Positions 8,880 through 19,241 of a DNA stretch of 64,000 nucleotides are shown here, in pieces. The stretch lies in the IMG/VR virus record IMGVR_UViG_3300047472_000231, positions 12,640 through 76,639 of that record; one strand, written 5' to 3'. The number at the start of each line of letters is the position of its first letter. Position 1 is the first letter of the stretch. The translations under genes were made by a program, and so were the position numbers. The DNA comes from a virus. The notes under the pieces were generated by a model, which was not told the origin of the DNA, ran no database searches, and saw nothing but the letters and a program-made list of their open reading frames with translations.

Positions 8880-9701
8880 ATGACGGAGCCTACCTGCGCA
8901 GTCAACGGGTGCGACAGGCCGTCGCGCACGCGTGGCTGGTGCAATGCCCACTACCTGAAGTGGTATCGAACTGGCGACCCGGAATACCAACGACCTGCTC
9001 GCGTAAAACCTGCGTGTTCAGTGGACGGCTGTTTGCGTCCGGCGCACAGTCGGGGCTGGTGCAAGACGCACTACTTGCGATGGTGGTCAAAGAGCGACCT
9101 CGGCAAGGCGGCCATCCGGGCGTACAACAACGTACGAGCAGACTGCTCGTTCGACGGCTGCAACAACACGTCCAGTGCGGTCGGGTTGTGTGGTGGGCAC
9201 TGGAGGCAGCAGGCGAAGGGTCAGGCGCTACGACCGCTCAAGAGGAAGACCGATCCGCAGGCTCGGGACGACGCCGGCCGGAAATTGTGCGGCACCTGCG
9301 ACGGGTGGCTCCCTGTCAGTCGCTTCACCCGGAGCATCAGCCGATCGGACGGCCTGGCGGCGCGCTGTACCAAGTGCGAACGCAGTCAGGCGCTGAAGCG
9401 GAAGTTCGGGATCACTCTTGAACAGTACGAGGAGCTGCTTGAGGCGCAGGCTGGTGGCTGCGCTGTATGCGGAAAGACCCAGCAGGAGAACCGCCGCCGA
9501 CTTGCAGTCGATCACGACCACTCCTGCTGCCCCGGGCAGATCACTTGCGGCAGGTGCATCCGCGGCCTGCTGTGCAGCAGCTGCAACCTTCATTTCGGTG
9601 CGATAGGGGACAGTCTCACTCACATCGAGGCGATGGCGGCCTATCTCCGCTCCAAGACGAGCCTGGAGGGCGCCTGCCCAGTTGATGCGGATACGCAGTG
9701 A
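8880..9701 (+). CDS. Endonuclease VII-type HNH homing endonuclease with three N-terminal Cys/His repeats
   Basis: Repeats CxxxGC-x7-GWCxxH(Y/W); CAVC...LAVDHDH...IRGLLCSSCN; AAGGAG RBS. Confidence 0.85.
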   Translation: MTEPTCAVNGCDRPSRTRGWCNAHYLKWYRTGDPEYQRPARVKPACSVDGCLRPAHSRGWCKTHYLRWWSKSDLGKAAIRAYNNVRADCSFDGCNNTSSAVGLCGGHWRQQAKGQALRPLKRKTDPQARDDAGRKLCGTCDGWLPVSRFTRSISRSDGLAARCTKCERSQALKRKFGITLEQYEELLEAQAGGCAVCGKTQQENRRRLAVDHDHSCCPGQITCGRCIRGLLCSSCNLHFGAIGDSLTHIEAMAAYLRSKTSLEGACPVDADTQ

Positions 9702-11275
9702 CCGAGTACTTGCATGACCCGCGCACAGGTGAGCCGTACAACTCGGCGACCTTCGATCTGGACGACTACCTCGCGGGGATCGACGCGCGCCTCCTTGCAT
9801 CGAGCGAGGGCCGGAAGGTGCTCACCCGTCTTGATCCACTCCTGTTCGGCCTCCTCTACCTGCCCCACCACATGAAGGGGAAGCAGACCGGCGAACAGAT
9901 CACCCTCGCCGACTGCCACCTGGACTGGGCCCGCCGGGCTCTCCAGTGGGTCCGCCCCGTCACGGAACCGCGGAGCGCCCGAGACGTGTTCATCAGTCCG
10001 CGCGAGTCCGCGAAGAGCACATGGTGGTTCTTGATCATTCCGATGTGGGCTGCCGCTCATGGACTCGTGCGCTTTGTGGCTGCGTTTTCAGATAGCGCCA
10101 GCCAGAGCGAGACGCACCTGGCCACGTTCAAAGCGGAGCTCGACGGCAATCGGCTGCTACGCGAGGACTTCCCTAGCCTCACGAAGCCGGCCACCCGCCC
10201 CCGCGGCTCCGTTGTTGCCGACCGCCAGTCGCAGATCCAGATGGCGTCCGGGTTCACCTTCGCTGCGCGCGGTATCGACTCCGGCAACCTTGGCCTCAAG
10301 GTCGGTCGCGAGCGCCCGGATGCCTTGATCTGCGACGACATTGAGAGCGGGGAGGCCAATTACTCGATTCACCAGGCGAAGAAGCGACTCTCCACGCTGC
10401 AGAACGTGATCCTTCCCCTGTCGGAGTTCGCACGGGTGGTCGTCGTGGGCACCACCACCATGGCGGGAGGGCTGATTCATCAGTGCGTCAAGAGCGTCAC
10501 GACCACGGAGGAGCCCGCCGAGTGGATTAAGGAAGAGAAGTTCCGCGTCCACTACTACGAGCCGATCGTCAACACCGAGGCTGGCGAACGATCGATCTGG
10601 CCCGCCAAGTGGCCCATGAGCTACATGGTGCAGGTCCGTGCGACGCGCAGCTTCAAGCTCAACTTCCTGAACCAGCCGTCCAGCGCGAACTCCGATTACT
10701 GGACCGAGGGCGACTTCACCTACGGCCGCTTCCCGGTGGCCCGTACCTACCTGTCCGTCGATGGCGCTGTCACAACCAAGACGAAGTCGGACTACACGGG
10801 ACTGGCGGTTGTCGGCTGCGCCCCCGCGCGACCGGCGCGCGAGGGTAGCCGGGCCGTACCAGCGCGATGCCTGGTCGAGCACGCCGAGGCGGTAAAGCTG
10901 AAGGGTAGGGCGCTTCGGGATCGAGTCCTGCAGCTGCTGGATTCGTATCCGGAGATTGGCGCGATCCTCGTTGAGGCGAATCAGGGTGGGGACCTTTGGC
11001 ATGAGGTGTTCCATGACCTGCCGGTGCGGGTGGTCACCTTCTCGAACTCTGAAGCCAAAGAGGTCCGCGCGGCCCGCGTATTGAACCTCTACCAGCTGTT
11101 GCCCGCGCGTGTGGTCCATGCCGAGGCCCTGCCTGCCCTGGAAGAGCAGATGTGCGCGTTCCCGAATGGGCTCAACGATGACCTCGTCGACGCCGTGGGG
11201 AACCCGGTGCTGCGATTCCTGCGGCCCCCGCCCAGGAAGGCGCCTCCGTCGGCGGAGAGCGCCAGCTACGTCTAG
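9698..11275 (+). CDS. Terminase large subunit
   Basis: PRESAKST Walker A, LICDDIE Walker B, SVDGA and NDDLVDA nuclease motifs. Confidence 0.9.
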   Translation: MTEYLHDPRTGEPYNSATFDLDDYLAGIDARLLASSEGRKVLTRLDPLLFGLLYLPHHMKGKQTGEQITLADCHLDWARRALQWVRPVTEPRSARDVFISPRESAKSTWWFLIIPMWAAAHGLVRFVAAFSDSASQSETHLATFKAELDGNRLLREDFPSLTKPATRPRGSVVADRQSQIQMASGFTFAARGIDSGNLGLKVGRERPDALICDDIESGEANYSIHQAKKRLSTLQNVILPLSEFARVVVVGTTTMAGGLIHQCVKSVTTTEEPAEWIKEEKFRVHYYEPIVNTEAGERSIWPAKWPMSYMVQVRATRSFKLNFLNQPSSANSDYWTEGDFTYGRFPVARTYLSVDGAVTTKTKSDYTGLAVVGCAPARPAREGSRAVPARCLVEHAEAVKLKGRALRDRVLQLLDSYPEIGAILVEANQGGDLWHEVFHDLPVRVVTFSNSEAKEVRAARVLNLYQLLPARVVHAEALPALEEQMCAFPNGLNDDLVDAVGNPVLRFLRPPPRKAPPSAESASYV

Positions 11276-11276
11276 A

Positions 11277-11291
11277 CCTGCGAATCGTAGG
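11277..11291. promoter_or_regulatory. Late-gene palindrome CCTGCGAATCGTAGG upstream of the portal gene
   Basis: Matches the 8092 and 35543 copies. Confidence 0.6.
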
Positions 11292-11374
11292 CAGATGTGA
11301 GCAATCAGGAAAGTATGTATTGCTACTAAGCTCAGCTATCCTTCGAATCATCGGTCGATGGTCGGGAGGTCTGG

Positions 11375-12916
11375 GTGGATGACGAGCGTGCCGACCTCAT
11401 GTACGGCATCGAGGAGCTCAACGAGGCGCGCCCCGGATATGACCAGGCGCAGACCTACTACGACGGCAAGGTCCCCGAGGTCTTCACCTCGACCCGGATC
11501 CGCCGCGCCCTCCGCGCGCACGGCATCGACTTCGACCTGAATTTTGCGAAGACGCCCGTCAATGCGGTCACGAACCGGCTGAAGATCGCGTCGATCACCA
11601 GCCCCGACGAGGCCACGAACACGCTGATCTCGCAGATCTGGCAAGACAACCAGCTCAACCTGGAGATGCCCGACCTGTTCCGTCGGGCCGGCGAGTTCGG
11701 CGACGCGTACCTGATGGTGCTGCCTGTCGAGGACGACAAGGGCAACGTCGTCCGCGTCGACATGTTCTACAACTCGCCTCAGACCGTGCGCGTGATCTAC
11801 AGCCAGGACAATCCGCGCCGCAAGGCGTACACGATCAAGAAGTGGTGTGACGGCCCCTATCACCGCGCCGAGTTGCTGTATGACGACCGGATCGAGCGGT
11901 GGACCACCGGCAAGAACTCGAACGGCGACAAGCCCGCCGACTGGATGCACTGGCTGGCCGACCCGGAGGATGGCGCCGCCGCCGACCCCGAATCGTGGAC
12001 CATCGACCACGACTGGGGCGAGCAGCCCGTCTTCCACTACCGCAACGACCGCCCCTACGGATGCCCGGAGCACTACGGCGCCTACGGCCCGCAGAACGCG
12101 ATCACCAAGCTGCAGCAAACCCACATGGGCACCGTCGACTACCAGGGCTTCCCGCAGCGCTACGCCCTCACCGAAGCCGCCAACACCGACACCTCCGACC
12201 TCGAGCCCGGCGACTTCGACGACAACGACTGGCCCCTCCCCGAGAAGGGAGTCGGCCCGAAGGACTCCGGCGACGACAGCTCCCTCAAGGCCGGGCCCGG
12301 CGAAATGATGCTGCTGCGCGGGTTCAAGGCTGTCGGCCAGTTCGATGCGGCACAGCCTGGCGTGTTCCTGGAGCCGATCAACTTCAACATCCGCGCGATG
12401 GCGCAGATCACCGACACGCCGCTACGGATGTTCGACCCGCAGTCCAGCCGCCAACGCTCCGGGGTCTCCTACCAGGAAGAGGACGGCCCGTTCATCAGCA
12501 AAGTCGAAATCCGACAGACGTCCTACGGAGCCGCGACGCACGAGGCGTTCACCTTCGCCCTGCGCCGCCTCGGAGTCATCGACCCGGTCCTGTCCGTGGA
12601 CTGGGTGCCCGCCAAGAGCGTCACGGACGCGCAGGGCTGGCAGACCGTCAACGAGAAGATCCGGGCCGGTGTCCCGCGCAGGCAAGCGCTCATGGAAGCC
12701 GGGTATCGGGCGGAGCAGGTCGACGAGTGGCTGACCGGGGTCGACGACTCCGAGCTGCAGCGCCGCGTCGACGTCCTCGCCAGTCTGGCGGACTCGGCTC
12801 AGAAGCTGGGCGCTGCCGCAGCTCTCGGCGTCATCAGCAGCGAGCAGGTGACCGCGCTGCTGTCCGGGACGATCGACGACCTCGAACTCCTCGCACAGGC
12901 GCAGGAGGAGGGCTGA
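11375..12916 (+). CDS. Portal protein (SPP1-like)
   Basis: YYDG...NFAKTPVNAVTNRL...FPQRY motifs; follows the large terminase. Confidence 0.85.
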   Translation: MDDERADLMYGIEELNEARPGYDQAQTYYDGKVPEVFTSTRIRRALRAHGIDFDLNFAKTPVNAVTNRLKIASITSPDEATNTLISQIWQDNQLNLEMPDLFRRAGEFGDAYLMVLPVEDDKGNVVRVDMFYNSPQTVRVIYSQDNPRRKAYTIKKWCDGPYHRAELLYDDRIERWTTGKNSNGDKPADWMHWLADPEDGAAADPESWTIDHDWGEQPVFHYRNDRPYGCPEHYGAYGPQNAITKLQQTHMGTVDYQGFPQRYALTEAANTDTSDLEPGDFDDNDWPLPEKGVGPKDSGDDSSLKAGPGEMMLLRGFKAVGQFDAAQPGVFLEPINFNIRAMAQITDTPLRMFDPQSSRQRSGVSYQEEDGPFISKVEIRQTSYGAATHEAFTFALRRLGVIDPVLSVDWVPAKSVTDAQGWQTVNEKIRAGVPRRQALMEAGYRAEQVDEWLTGVDDSELQRRVDVLASLADSAQKLGAAAALGVISSEQVTALLSGTIDDLELLAQAQEEG

Positions 12917-13932
12917 TGCCGTACCGCAGCGAGCACCTGGCCCGCCTCGTGCAGGACGAGCACACTGGCCAGGTCATCGACCTTGAGGACCGCATCGTGG
13001 GGGAGGCGTTCGGCGACAGCGAATCCCTGTTCGCCCAGCTGATCCGGCGCACCCTCGCTGCCTGGACCCGCGCCTTCGGCGGCCCAGACGAGCCTGCCGT
13101 GCCTGGGGGCGTGCTGCGCCGCATTCTCGCGGCCGTGCGTGCCGCCGTGCGCCGCATCCTCGACGGCGTCATCCCGCGGGCCGACACGGCACTCGGAGAC
13201 AGCCTCGGCGAGGCGCTGACCTTGGGGATACAGCAGGGCGGCGAGTTCTTGCGAGCCGCTACGGGGCGCCGCCGCCGTGCGCCAGCCCGGCCGCGGTTGA
13301 GCCGGACGGTCCGCAGCGAAGCCAGCCGCATCGGCGACCTCATCACCCAGCGCCGCGACCGCGCCCTGCAGCTGCTGCTCCCGGACCGGGTATCGCGCTG
13401 GACGCACCTGCTGACCGGGATCGGCGCCGGCCGCGCCACCTTCTCCGCGATTCGCGCGCACGTCGCCTGGGTCGTCAGCACCGCCGTTAACGAGGGCCTG
13501 GACGCTGTGATCCGGGCGTCGGCGAAGGTCAGGCTGTGGGTGTCGGAGGCAGACGCCTGTGTGCGATGCCTCGCCTACACCGGCCGCATCGTCCCCATCG
13601 ACGAACCCTTCCCGGGCGGCCTGTCGTGGGATCCCCGCCAGCGCCACATCGGTGCCGAGGGCATCGACGGGCCTCCCCTGCATGCTCACTGCAGATGCAG
13701 GACAGTGCCCTGGAACGACAGCTGGACGACGTCCGGCGTGCCGTTTCCGCTGGCGTTGCAGCGGGAGGCGCACCGGTCCCTCGGCTACGGCACCGCACGC
13801 CCCTCCGAGTCCCGCGCTGCCCGGCTGCGCGCCGCCCGCGAACTCCTGCGCACCGAACCCGACCTGCTGCCTGCGGTGGAGGCGCGCGCCCGTACCGCCG
13901 TGCGTACTGGCCGCTTCACCCAAGCCGCATAA
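12916..13932 (+). CDS. Minor capsid/head morphogenesis protein (Mu gpF/SPP1 gp7-like)
   Basis: DACVRC...PPLHAHCRC; ATG overlaps the portal stop. Confidence 0.8.
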   Translation: MPYRSEHLARLVQDEHTGQVIDLEDRIVGEAFGDSESLFAQLIRRTLAAWTRAFGGPDEPAVPGGVLRRILAAVRAAVRRILDGVIPRADTALGDSLGEALTLGIQQGGEFLRAATGRRRRAPARPRLSRTVRSEASRIGDLITQRRDRALQLLLPDRVSRWTHLLTGIGAGRATFSAIRAHVAWVVSTAVNEGLDAVIRASAKVRLWVSEADACVRCLAYTGRIVPIDEPFPGGLSWDPRQRHIGAEGIDGPPLHAHCRCRTVPWNDSWTTSGVPFPLALQREAHRSLGYGTARPSESRAARLRAARELLRTEPDLLPAVEARARTAVRTGRFTQAA

Positions 13933-13986
13933 CCCCCGGGCGTCCGCGACGGACGCCGACAACCAACCCCGCGATGGGAGAACACG

Positions 13987-14682
13987 ATGGGCATCCAGAC
14001 AGACACCGCCACCGACGAGCCCGACATCGACGTTGAGGTCGACGAAGATCCGGACACCGAGCTCGACGCCGACGCCGACGCCGAGCCGGACGAGGCGCCG
14101 AAGCCGAAGCCGCCGGCGAAGAAGGACGAGCCGAAGCCCGGCGACGACGACTACGCGCCGCCCTCCAAGTCGGAGTGGGCGCGCACCCAGGCCGCGTTGA
14201 AGAAGGCCAACGACGACGCCAAGCGGCACCGGCTCCGCAACAAGGAGCTGGAAGAGCAGGGCCGCGCCAACGAGTCCGACCACGAGAAGGCGCTGCGTGA
14301 AGCCCGCGAGGAAGGCGAGAAGCGCTACCGGCAGCCGCTGGTGCGCACCGCCGCCCGGTCTGCGCTCGTCGAAGCGGGGGCGCTCGCGTTCCTGCAGGAC
14401 GAGAAGGAGCCCGACTCGCAGGCCGCCCGCGAGAAGGGCGAGTCCCGCCTGTCCCGGCTACTGAAGCTCGTCGACACCGAGAGCCTCGACGTCGACGAGG
14501 ACGGATCCGTGTCCGGCCTGGAGGCCGCGATAGACGATCTGCGCCGCGACTACCCGGAGTTGTTCGCCACTCCTGCCAGGAAGCCGAAGGCCCGGCCTAC
14601 CGGTGCGCCGCGCCAGGCGGCCCCGGAGAAGCCGAAGTCGACGGCCGAGCAGCACGCCGCTCGGCTCCTGGGCAGGGCTTGA
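13987..14682 (+). CDS. Capsid scaffolding protein
   Basis: Acidic N-terminus, coiled coil, YPELF; precedes the capsid gene. Confidence 0.75.
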   Translation: MGIQTDTATDEPDIDVEVDEDPDTELDADADAEPDEAPKPKPPAKKDEPKPGDDDYAPPSKSEWARTQAALKKANDDAKRHRLRNKELEEQGRANESDHEKALREAREEGEKRYRQPLVRTAARSALVEAGALAFLQDEKEPDSQAAREKGESRLSRLLKLVDTESLDVDEDGSVSGLEAAIDDLRRDYPELFATPARKPKARPTGAPRQAAPEKPKSTAEQHAARLLGRA

Positions 14683-14817
14683 CCCCAAGAGGTATATTCA
14701 GCACCAGGTGAATTGTTCCGGTGATCGGAGCAGGCCGCCGCCCTGCTTTGCGAAGGCGCCCGTGATGGGGCCCGAGCCCAACAGCTTCCCCATCACGCCG
14801 CCCGCAGGAGGGCCACA

Positions 14818-15732
14818 ATGGCGCGCAATACGCTCGAGGCATGGATCCCAGAAGAGTGGGAGACCAGCCGCGTAGTCCAGTCCATCACCCAGATCTCCGC
14901 CGTTGAGTCGCTCGCCGCCCGCATTCCCATGGGCTCCGACACCAAGCACGTCCCCCGCACCGCGGGCATGGACGTCGCGGTCGTCGCCAAGGGCGGCACC
15001 TACGGCGAGGACACCTCCCTCAACGACGAAGTCCTGCTCTCCGCGATCAAGTTCGGCAAGGCCGCGCGCATCGCCGAAGAGGACATCGACGACTCCGTCG
15101 CCAACATCATCGAAGCGAAGATGATCGGCTGGGGTAAGTCCTACGCCAAGCTGATCGACAACGCCAGCCTCGCCGTCAGCGCGGCCAGCAACGGCACCAC
15201 GGTTCCGTTCACGTCGCTGTACCAGCTGCTGAACACCACCGACGCCACCCTCAGCTACACCGGCGGCGCGAACATCACCACCGCCGCATCCTCCGGCGCC
15301 CCGAGCTACGCGGAGTTCTCCACCGCGATCGGCAACGTCGAGTCCGGCGACTACTTCGACCCGGGCTCCATGGTCGCCATCGCGCACCCCGCGTTCCGCA
15401 AGAGCCTCCGCGGCGTCCTCGACTCCCAGAACCGGCCCATCTTCATCGAGGGCCTGTCCGGGACCCCTGACACCGTCTTCGGCGTCAACGTCCGTTGGAG
15501 CCTCGGCGCGAAGCTCACCGCGACCGCCACCTCGACGCCGACCGGGCGCGCACTCATGGCGTTCGTCAACCCCGAGCTGATGCTCCTCGGCGTCCGCTCC
15601 GGCCCCGAGTCGGTGTTCATCGACGGACGCGACGGCCTCAGCGCGCTGACCGACGAGTCGATCCTCAAGATGCGCGCCCGCCGCGGCTGGGCCTACGGCC
15701 ACCCCAACGGCGCATCCATCCTCGTCGGCTGA
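14818..15732 (+). CDS. Major capsid protein (HK97 fold)
   Basis: WIPEE, LDSQNRPIF, LKMRARRG motifs; position. Confidence 0.85.
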   Translation: MARNTLEAWIPEEWETSRVVQSITQISAVESLAARIPMGSDTKHVPRTAGMDVAVVAKGGTYGEDTSLNDEVLLSAIKFGKAARIAEEDIDDSVANIIEAKMIGWGKSYAKLIDNASLAVSAASNGTTVPFTSLYQLLNTTDATLSYTGGANITTAASSGAPSYAEFSTAIGNVESGDYFDPGSMVAIAHPAFRKSLRGVLDSQNRPIFIEGLSGTPDTVFGVNVRWSLGAKLTATATSTPTGRALMAFVNPELMLLGVRSGPESVFIDGRDGLSALTDESILKMRARRGWAYGHPNGASILVG

Positions 15733-15800
15733 CCATCCCTTCAATCCCCGCACCGCCCGACGGCTCCGGGCGGTGCGGCGGACAACCAGGGAGGTGAGCC

Positions 15801-16178
15801 ATGGCAGCAGCCAAGAAGACCGCGAGCAGCAGCCGCGCCAGGCAGCACCCGGCCAAGGCCGGCGAGCCTGAGGTCGAAGTCGACGAGCGATCCCCGGACG
15901 GGTCCGAGGGCACGCGGTTCGTCAAGGAGTTCGTCGTGCTCGCCGCACGCTGGACCGACGAGGACTATCAGCACGAGGCCAACCGCGCCGGCGTCGTCAA
16001 CGAGGCGATCCAGCGAGGCCTGCACCCGCGCGGCGACGTGTCCTTCGACGGCCAGGAGCAGCACCCCGACGGCCTGTCGCTGGTGCTCACCTACTCGGTG
16101 GACACGGTGCCCGCCTCCGTCGACCACCAGCCTGAGGACACCACCACGCCCCGCGACGTGATTGACGGCGAGGGCTGA
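15801..16178 (+). CDS. Hypothetical virion-associated protein
   Basis: GGAGGTGA RBS; between capsid and connector genes. Confidence 0.6.
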   Translation: MAAAKKTASSSRARQHPAKAGEPEVEVDERSPDGSEGTRFVKEFVVLAARWTDEDYQHEANRAGVVNEAIQRGLHPRGDVSFDGQEQHPDGLSLVLTYSVDTVPASVDHQPEDTTTPRDVIDGEG

Positions 16179-16179
16179 C

Positions 16180-16626
16180 ATGGTCAACGCCTGGGCGACC
16201 GCGCAGGACGTCACCGACTCCACGGGAGTCACGGTGACGGATCAGCAGCTTGTCCAGGCACAGAAAGCTGTGGAGGTCTTCAGCAATCGCATCTTCGGCG
16301 ACGAGGCGCGCATGAGGACGCGAGACCTCTACTGGCTGGGTCAGGCCGTCGCCCATCAAGCAGCGTGGATCGCGGGCCAGTTCGGGCTGGAGACGCGGCT
16401 GGATGCCACGCAGATCCAGCAAGACCAGGTCTCGACCACACTGCAGGGCGACGGCCTGGTCCTCGCACCCATGGCCGCCCGCTCCCTGAAGCGCGTGTCG
16501 TGGATGCGATCCAGGACCGTGCACATCCGGTCCGCCATCGAAGGAGCTGGCCCGATCGTCGGGGATGCTCTCACGGACGGCTCCGACGATCACCTGTACT
16601 GGGCGCCGTACCGGGGCGGTGCGTGA
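16180..16626 (+). CDS. Head-to-tail adaptor
   Basis: Position and size; AWATAQDV N-terminus. Confidence 0.6.
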   Translation: MVNAWATAQDVTDSTGVTVTDQQLVQAQKAVEVFSNRIFGDEARMRTRDLYWLGQAVAHQAAWIAGQFGLETRLDATQIQQDQVSTTLQGDGLVLAPMAARSLKRVSWMRSRTVHIRSAIEGAGPIVGDALTDGSDDHLYWAPYRGGA

Positions 16627-16958
16627 TGCCCGTCGCTATCGCCACCACCAGCATCGCCATCCTGCGCGGCACCACCACCGACGCCTACGGCGACGAGCAG
16701 GACACCGACACCCCCATCTACACAGGGATCCCGGCCAGCCTGACCGAACAGTCCCGGCGGGTTACCACCAGCGACGACCCCACCCCGCGGATCGTCCGCT
16801 ACGCCGTCGCCCGCGTGGCCGCTGGAACGGACGTCACCGATCAGGACCGGGTGCGTGACGAACGGACCGGCGCCGTGTACATCGTCGACGCCGTCTCATC
16901 GATGGCCAACCCAGCACTCACCGCAGACCTACGGCTCGACCTGCGGCGCACCACCTAA
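16626..16958 (+). CDS. Head-to-tail stopper/closure protein
   Basis: DAYGD, DVTDQDRV motifs; position. Confidence 0.6.
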   Translation: MPVAIATTSIAILRGTTTDAYGDEQDTDTPIYTGIPASLTEQSRRVTTSDDPTPRIVRYAVARVAAGTDVTDQDRVRDERTGAVYIVDAVSSMANPALTADLRLDLRRTT

Positions 16959-17028
16959 CCGAACACGGCCACACGCCCGGGGAGACCAGGCAGGCCAGCA
17001 CGACCACCCACCGGAGAGGAGGGCGGCC

Positions 17029-17400
17029 ATGGCACGATCCCGCATGCGGATCGACCCGTCCGCACGCACGCACGTCGACGCCGCCATCAACCGGTGGCTC
17101 GAAGTAGACATTGGCCGCCCCATTCTCGGTGACGCCCAGAACTACGTGCACAAGCGCAGCGGACGGCTCCATGATTCGCTGCGGGCCGAGGTCCACGACA
17201 AGGTGCTGCGCGTCGGCTCGCTGGACTGCAACTACGCCACCGACGTCGAGATGGGTACCAGCGCCCACGTCATCAGGCCGACCAACAAGAAGGCCTTGTT
17301 CTGGCCCGGCGCCGACCACCCCGTCGCCAAGGTCAACCACCCCGGCACCCCGCCGTTCCCGTACCTCCGCCCGGCCCTGTTCCAGCGGAGGACCGCGTGA
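17029..17400 (+). CDS. HK97 gp10-like neck/tail completion protein
   Basis: SGRLHDSL...YATDVEMGT...HPGT...PYLRPA. Confidence 0.7.
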   Translation: MARSRMRIDPSARTHVDAAINRWLEVDIGRPILGDAQNYVHKRSGRLHDSLRAEVHDKVLRVGSLDCNYATDVEMGTSAHVIRPTNKKALFWPGADHPVAKVNHPGTPPFPYLRPALFQRRTA

Positions 17401-17846
17401 GCCTCCTGCTGCGCGCCAACCATGAGCTGGTCACGATCGCCTGGCTGAAGACCGTCGTTGGCGACCGCGTCTCCATGACCCTCCCCAAGGACAACAGCAG
17501 CTGGGCGGCGTCCGGGTTCTGCACGATCGACACCGTCGGCGGCACCCCCAACATGTACGTCCCACTGCGTGAGCCCGTCATGTCCGTCGACTGCTGGGCC
17601 TTCAACCCCGGCAGCCAGAAGCCCCCGTGGAACAAGGCGTCGACGCTCGCGCAGGCCATTCAGGCTGCCTGCTGGGACCACCGCGGAATTCCGCAGACCG
17701 TCACCCTGCCCGCCGGATACCCCGCGGTGCAGGTGCGGTCTGCGTACTGCACCGGAGACCCGCGCCGCATCCCCGACGACCCTTCGTCCTACGCCCGGTA
17801 CACCATCCCCGGCCTCGCCATCGCCTGGGTGGAGGTGCCGTCATGA
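17397..17846 (+). CDS. Tail terminator
   Basis: Position before the tail tube gene; SVDCWA motif. Confidence 0.6.
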   Translation: MSLLLRANHELVTIAWLKTVVGDRVSMTLPKDNSSWAASGFCTIDTVGGTPNMYVPLREPVMSVDCWAFNPGSQKPPWNKASTLAQAIQAACWDHRGIPQTVTLPAGYPAVQVRSAYCTGDPRRIPDDPSSYARYTIPGLAIAWVEVPS

Positions 17847-18067
17847 GCCGCTACGCCCTCCAAGGCGCCCTCAGCCGGGACCTCCTCACGTGGAACGGCA
17901 AGGTCCTCGTCCACGACGACCGGGCCGAGATGGAGTTCCTGGTCACCGGAGACGTCCGCGTCATCGACTGCCCCCGCGACATTCCGCCCGAGCAGACCAT
18001 CGAGATCCGCTTCCACCCCAACTTCGCCTCCGTGACGTGGCCATTGACCAAGGAGCAGTTCCGGTGA
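17843..18067 (+). CDS. Hypothetical protein
   Basis: GGAGG RBS; ATGA coupling. Confidence 0.55.
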   Translation: MSRYALQGALSRDLLTWNGKVLVHDDRAEMEFLVTGDVRVIDCPRDIPPEQTIEIRFHPNFASVTWPLTKEQFR

Positions 18068-18240
18068 CCCACACCATCGCTACGACCATGCAGCCCGACA
18101 AGCCCATCGAGGTCGACGACGCCGAATACGTCGACCTCAAGCGCCAGGGCCTCGTCCTCGTCGACCACACCGAGCAGGCCGCGGCACCCGCCCCGGCCAC
18201 CAAGAAGGCCGCTACGCCGGCCACCAGCAAGGAGGGCTGA
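18064..18240 (+). CDS. Small hypothetical tail-region protein
   Basis: AAGGAG RBS; GTGA coupling. Confidence 0.5.
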   Translation: MTHTIATTMQPDKPIEVDDAEYVDLKRQGLVLVDHTEQAAAPAPATKKAATPATSKEG

Positions 18241-18243
18241 CCC

Positions 18244-18807
18244 GTGGCGGTCACCGCAACCAACCTCGTTCAGGGCCCGGCCACGCTGTACAGCGGAGCC
18301 TTCGGCGCCCTCGAGCCCACCGACGCCACCGTCAACACGACGCCCGCGGCCTCCAGCTGGACGGACGTCGGCGGCACCCAGGACGGCGTCAAGCTGACCA
18401 TCGACCAGTCCTACACGGAGCTGGAAGTCGACCAGGTCGTCGACCGCGTCGGCAGCCGCCTCACCAAGCGGGACTTCACCGTCGAGACGAGCATGGCGGA
18501 GCCCACCCTCGCGAACCTGTCGCTCGCCCTCAATGGCGGCACCAGCGCCTCGGCCGCAGGCTACGCGAGCTTCGAACCCAGCTTCGCGAGCTCGGCGACG
18601 CAGCCCACCTATAAGGCGTTGCTGTTCGACGGCTGGGCCCCGGGCGGCACGTTCACGAGGCGCGTCATCGTCCGCAAGGCCCTGTCCACGGACGCCGTCG
18701 AGCTTGCCTACACCAAGGACAAGCAGACCTTGTACGGCGTCAAGTTCTCCGGCCACTACGTGACCGCGTCGATCGCGCCCATCCACATCGTCGACCAGAC
18801 CAGCTAG
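18244..18807 (+). CDS. Major tail (tube) protein
   Basis: GPATLY, DVGGTQDGV motifs; position. Confidence 0.8.
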   Translation: MAVTATNLVQGPATLYSGAFGALEPTDATVNTTPAASSWTDVGGTQDGVKLTIDQSYTELEVDQVVDRVGSRLTKRDFTVETSMAEPTLANLSLALNGGTSASAAGYASFEPSFASSATQPTYKALLFDGWAPGGTFTRRVIVRKALSTDAVELAYTKDKQTLYGVKFSGHYVTASIAPIHIVDQTS

Positions 18808-18845
18808 CCGACGCCTGTCCCTGCACGTATCGAGGAGCACCACCC

Positions 18846-19241
18846 ATGGCATCCACCACCGCACGTACCCGCCAGACCGCCGCGGCCCGGAAGCGGGCCG
18901 CGGCCAAGCCCGCCCCAGTCGACGAGGAGTTCGAGCTCGTCGAACTCTCCAGCTCCGTCGACGAAGAGGAGCGCGTCGGCTTGTTCTCCATCGACGGCAC
19001 GATCTACACGATCCCCAAGGTCGTACCGCAGGGCGTCTCCCTGGAGTTCGTGAGGATCGGCCGCGAGTACGGCGAGGAAGCCGCCGCTGTCCGTCTGCTG
19101 GAGCGGCTTCTCGGCCCGGAGCCGTACAAGGCGCTGGAGCAGTGTCCGACGCTGGATGACAAGAAGATGCAGAAGATCCTCGACATGGCGCAGAAGATCG
19201 CGTTCGGGAAGGCCGAGGTTAAGGGGGGAAAAGCGGGCTGA
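18846..19241 (+). CDS. Tail assembly chaperone (gpG-like)
   Basis: Between tail tube and tape measure; slippery G-GGA-AAA near the 3' end. Confidence 0.8.
   Translation: MASTTARTRQTAAARKRAAAKPAPVDEEFELVELSSSVDEEERVGLFSIDGTIYTIPKVVPQGVSLEFVRIGREYGEEAAAVRLLERLLGPEPYKALEQCPTLDDKKMQKILDMAQKIAFGKAEVKGGKAG

Noticed and set aside
11899-12915. N-terminal extension of the 677-aa ORF
   Set aside because: Overlaps the portal gene out of frame; the real start is ATG 12916 after a GGAGG RBS
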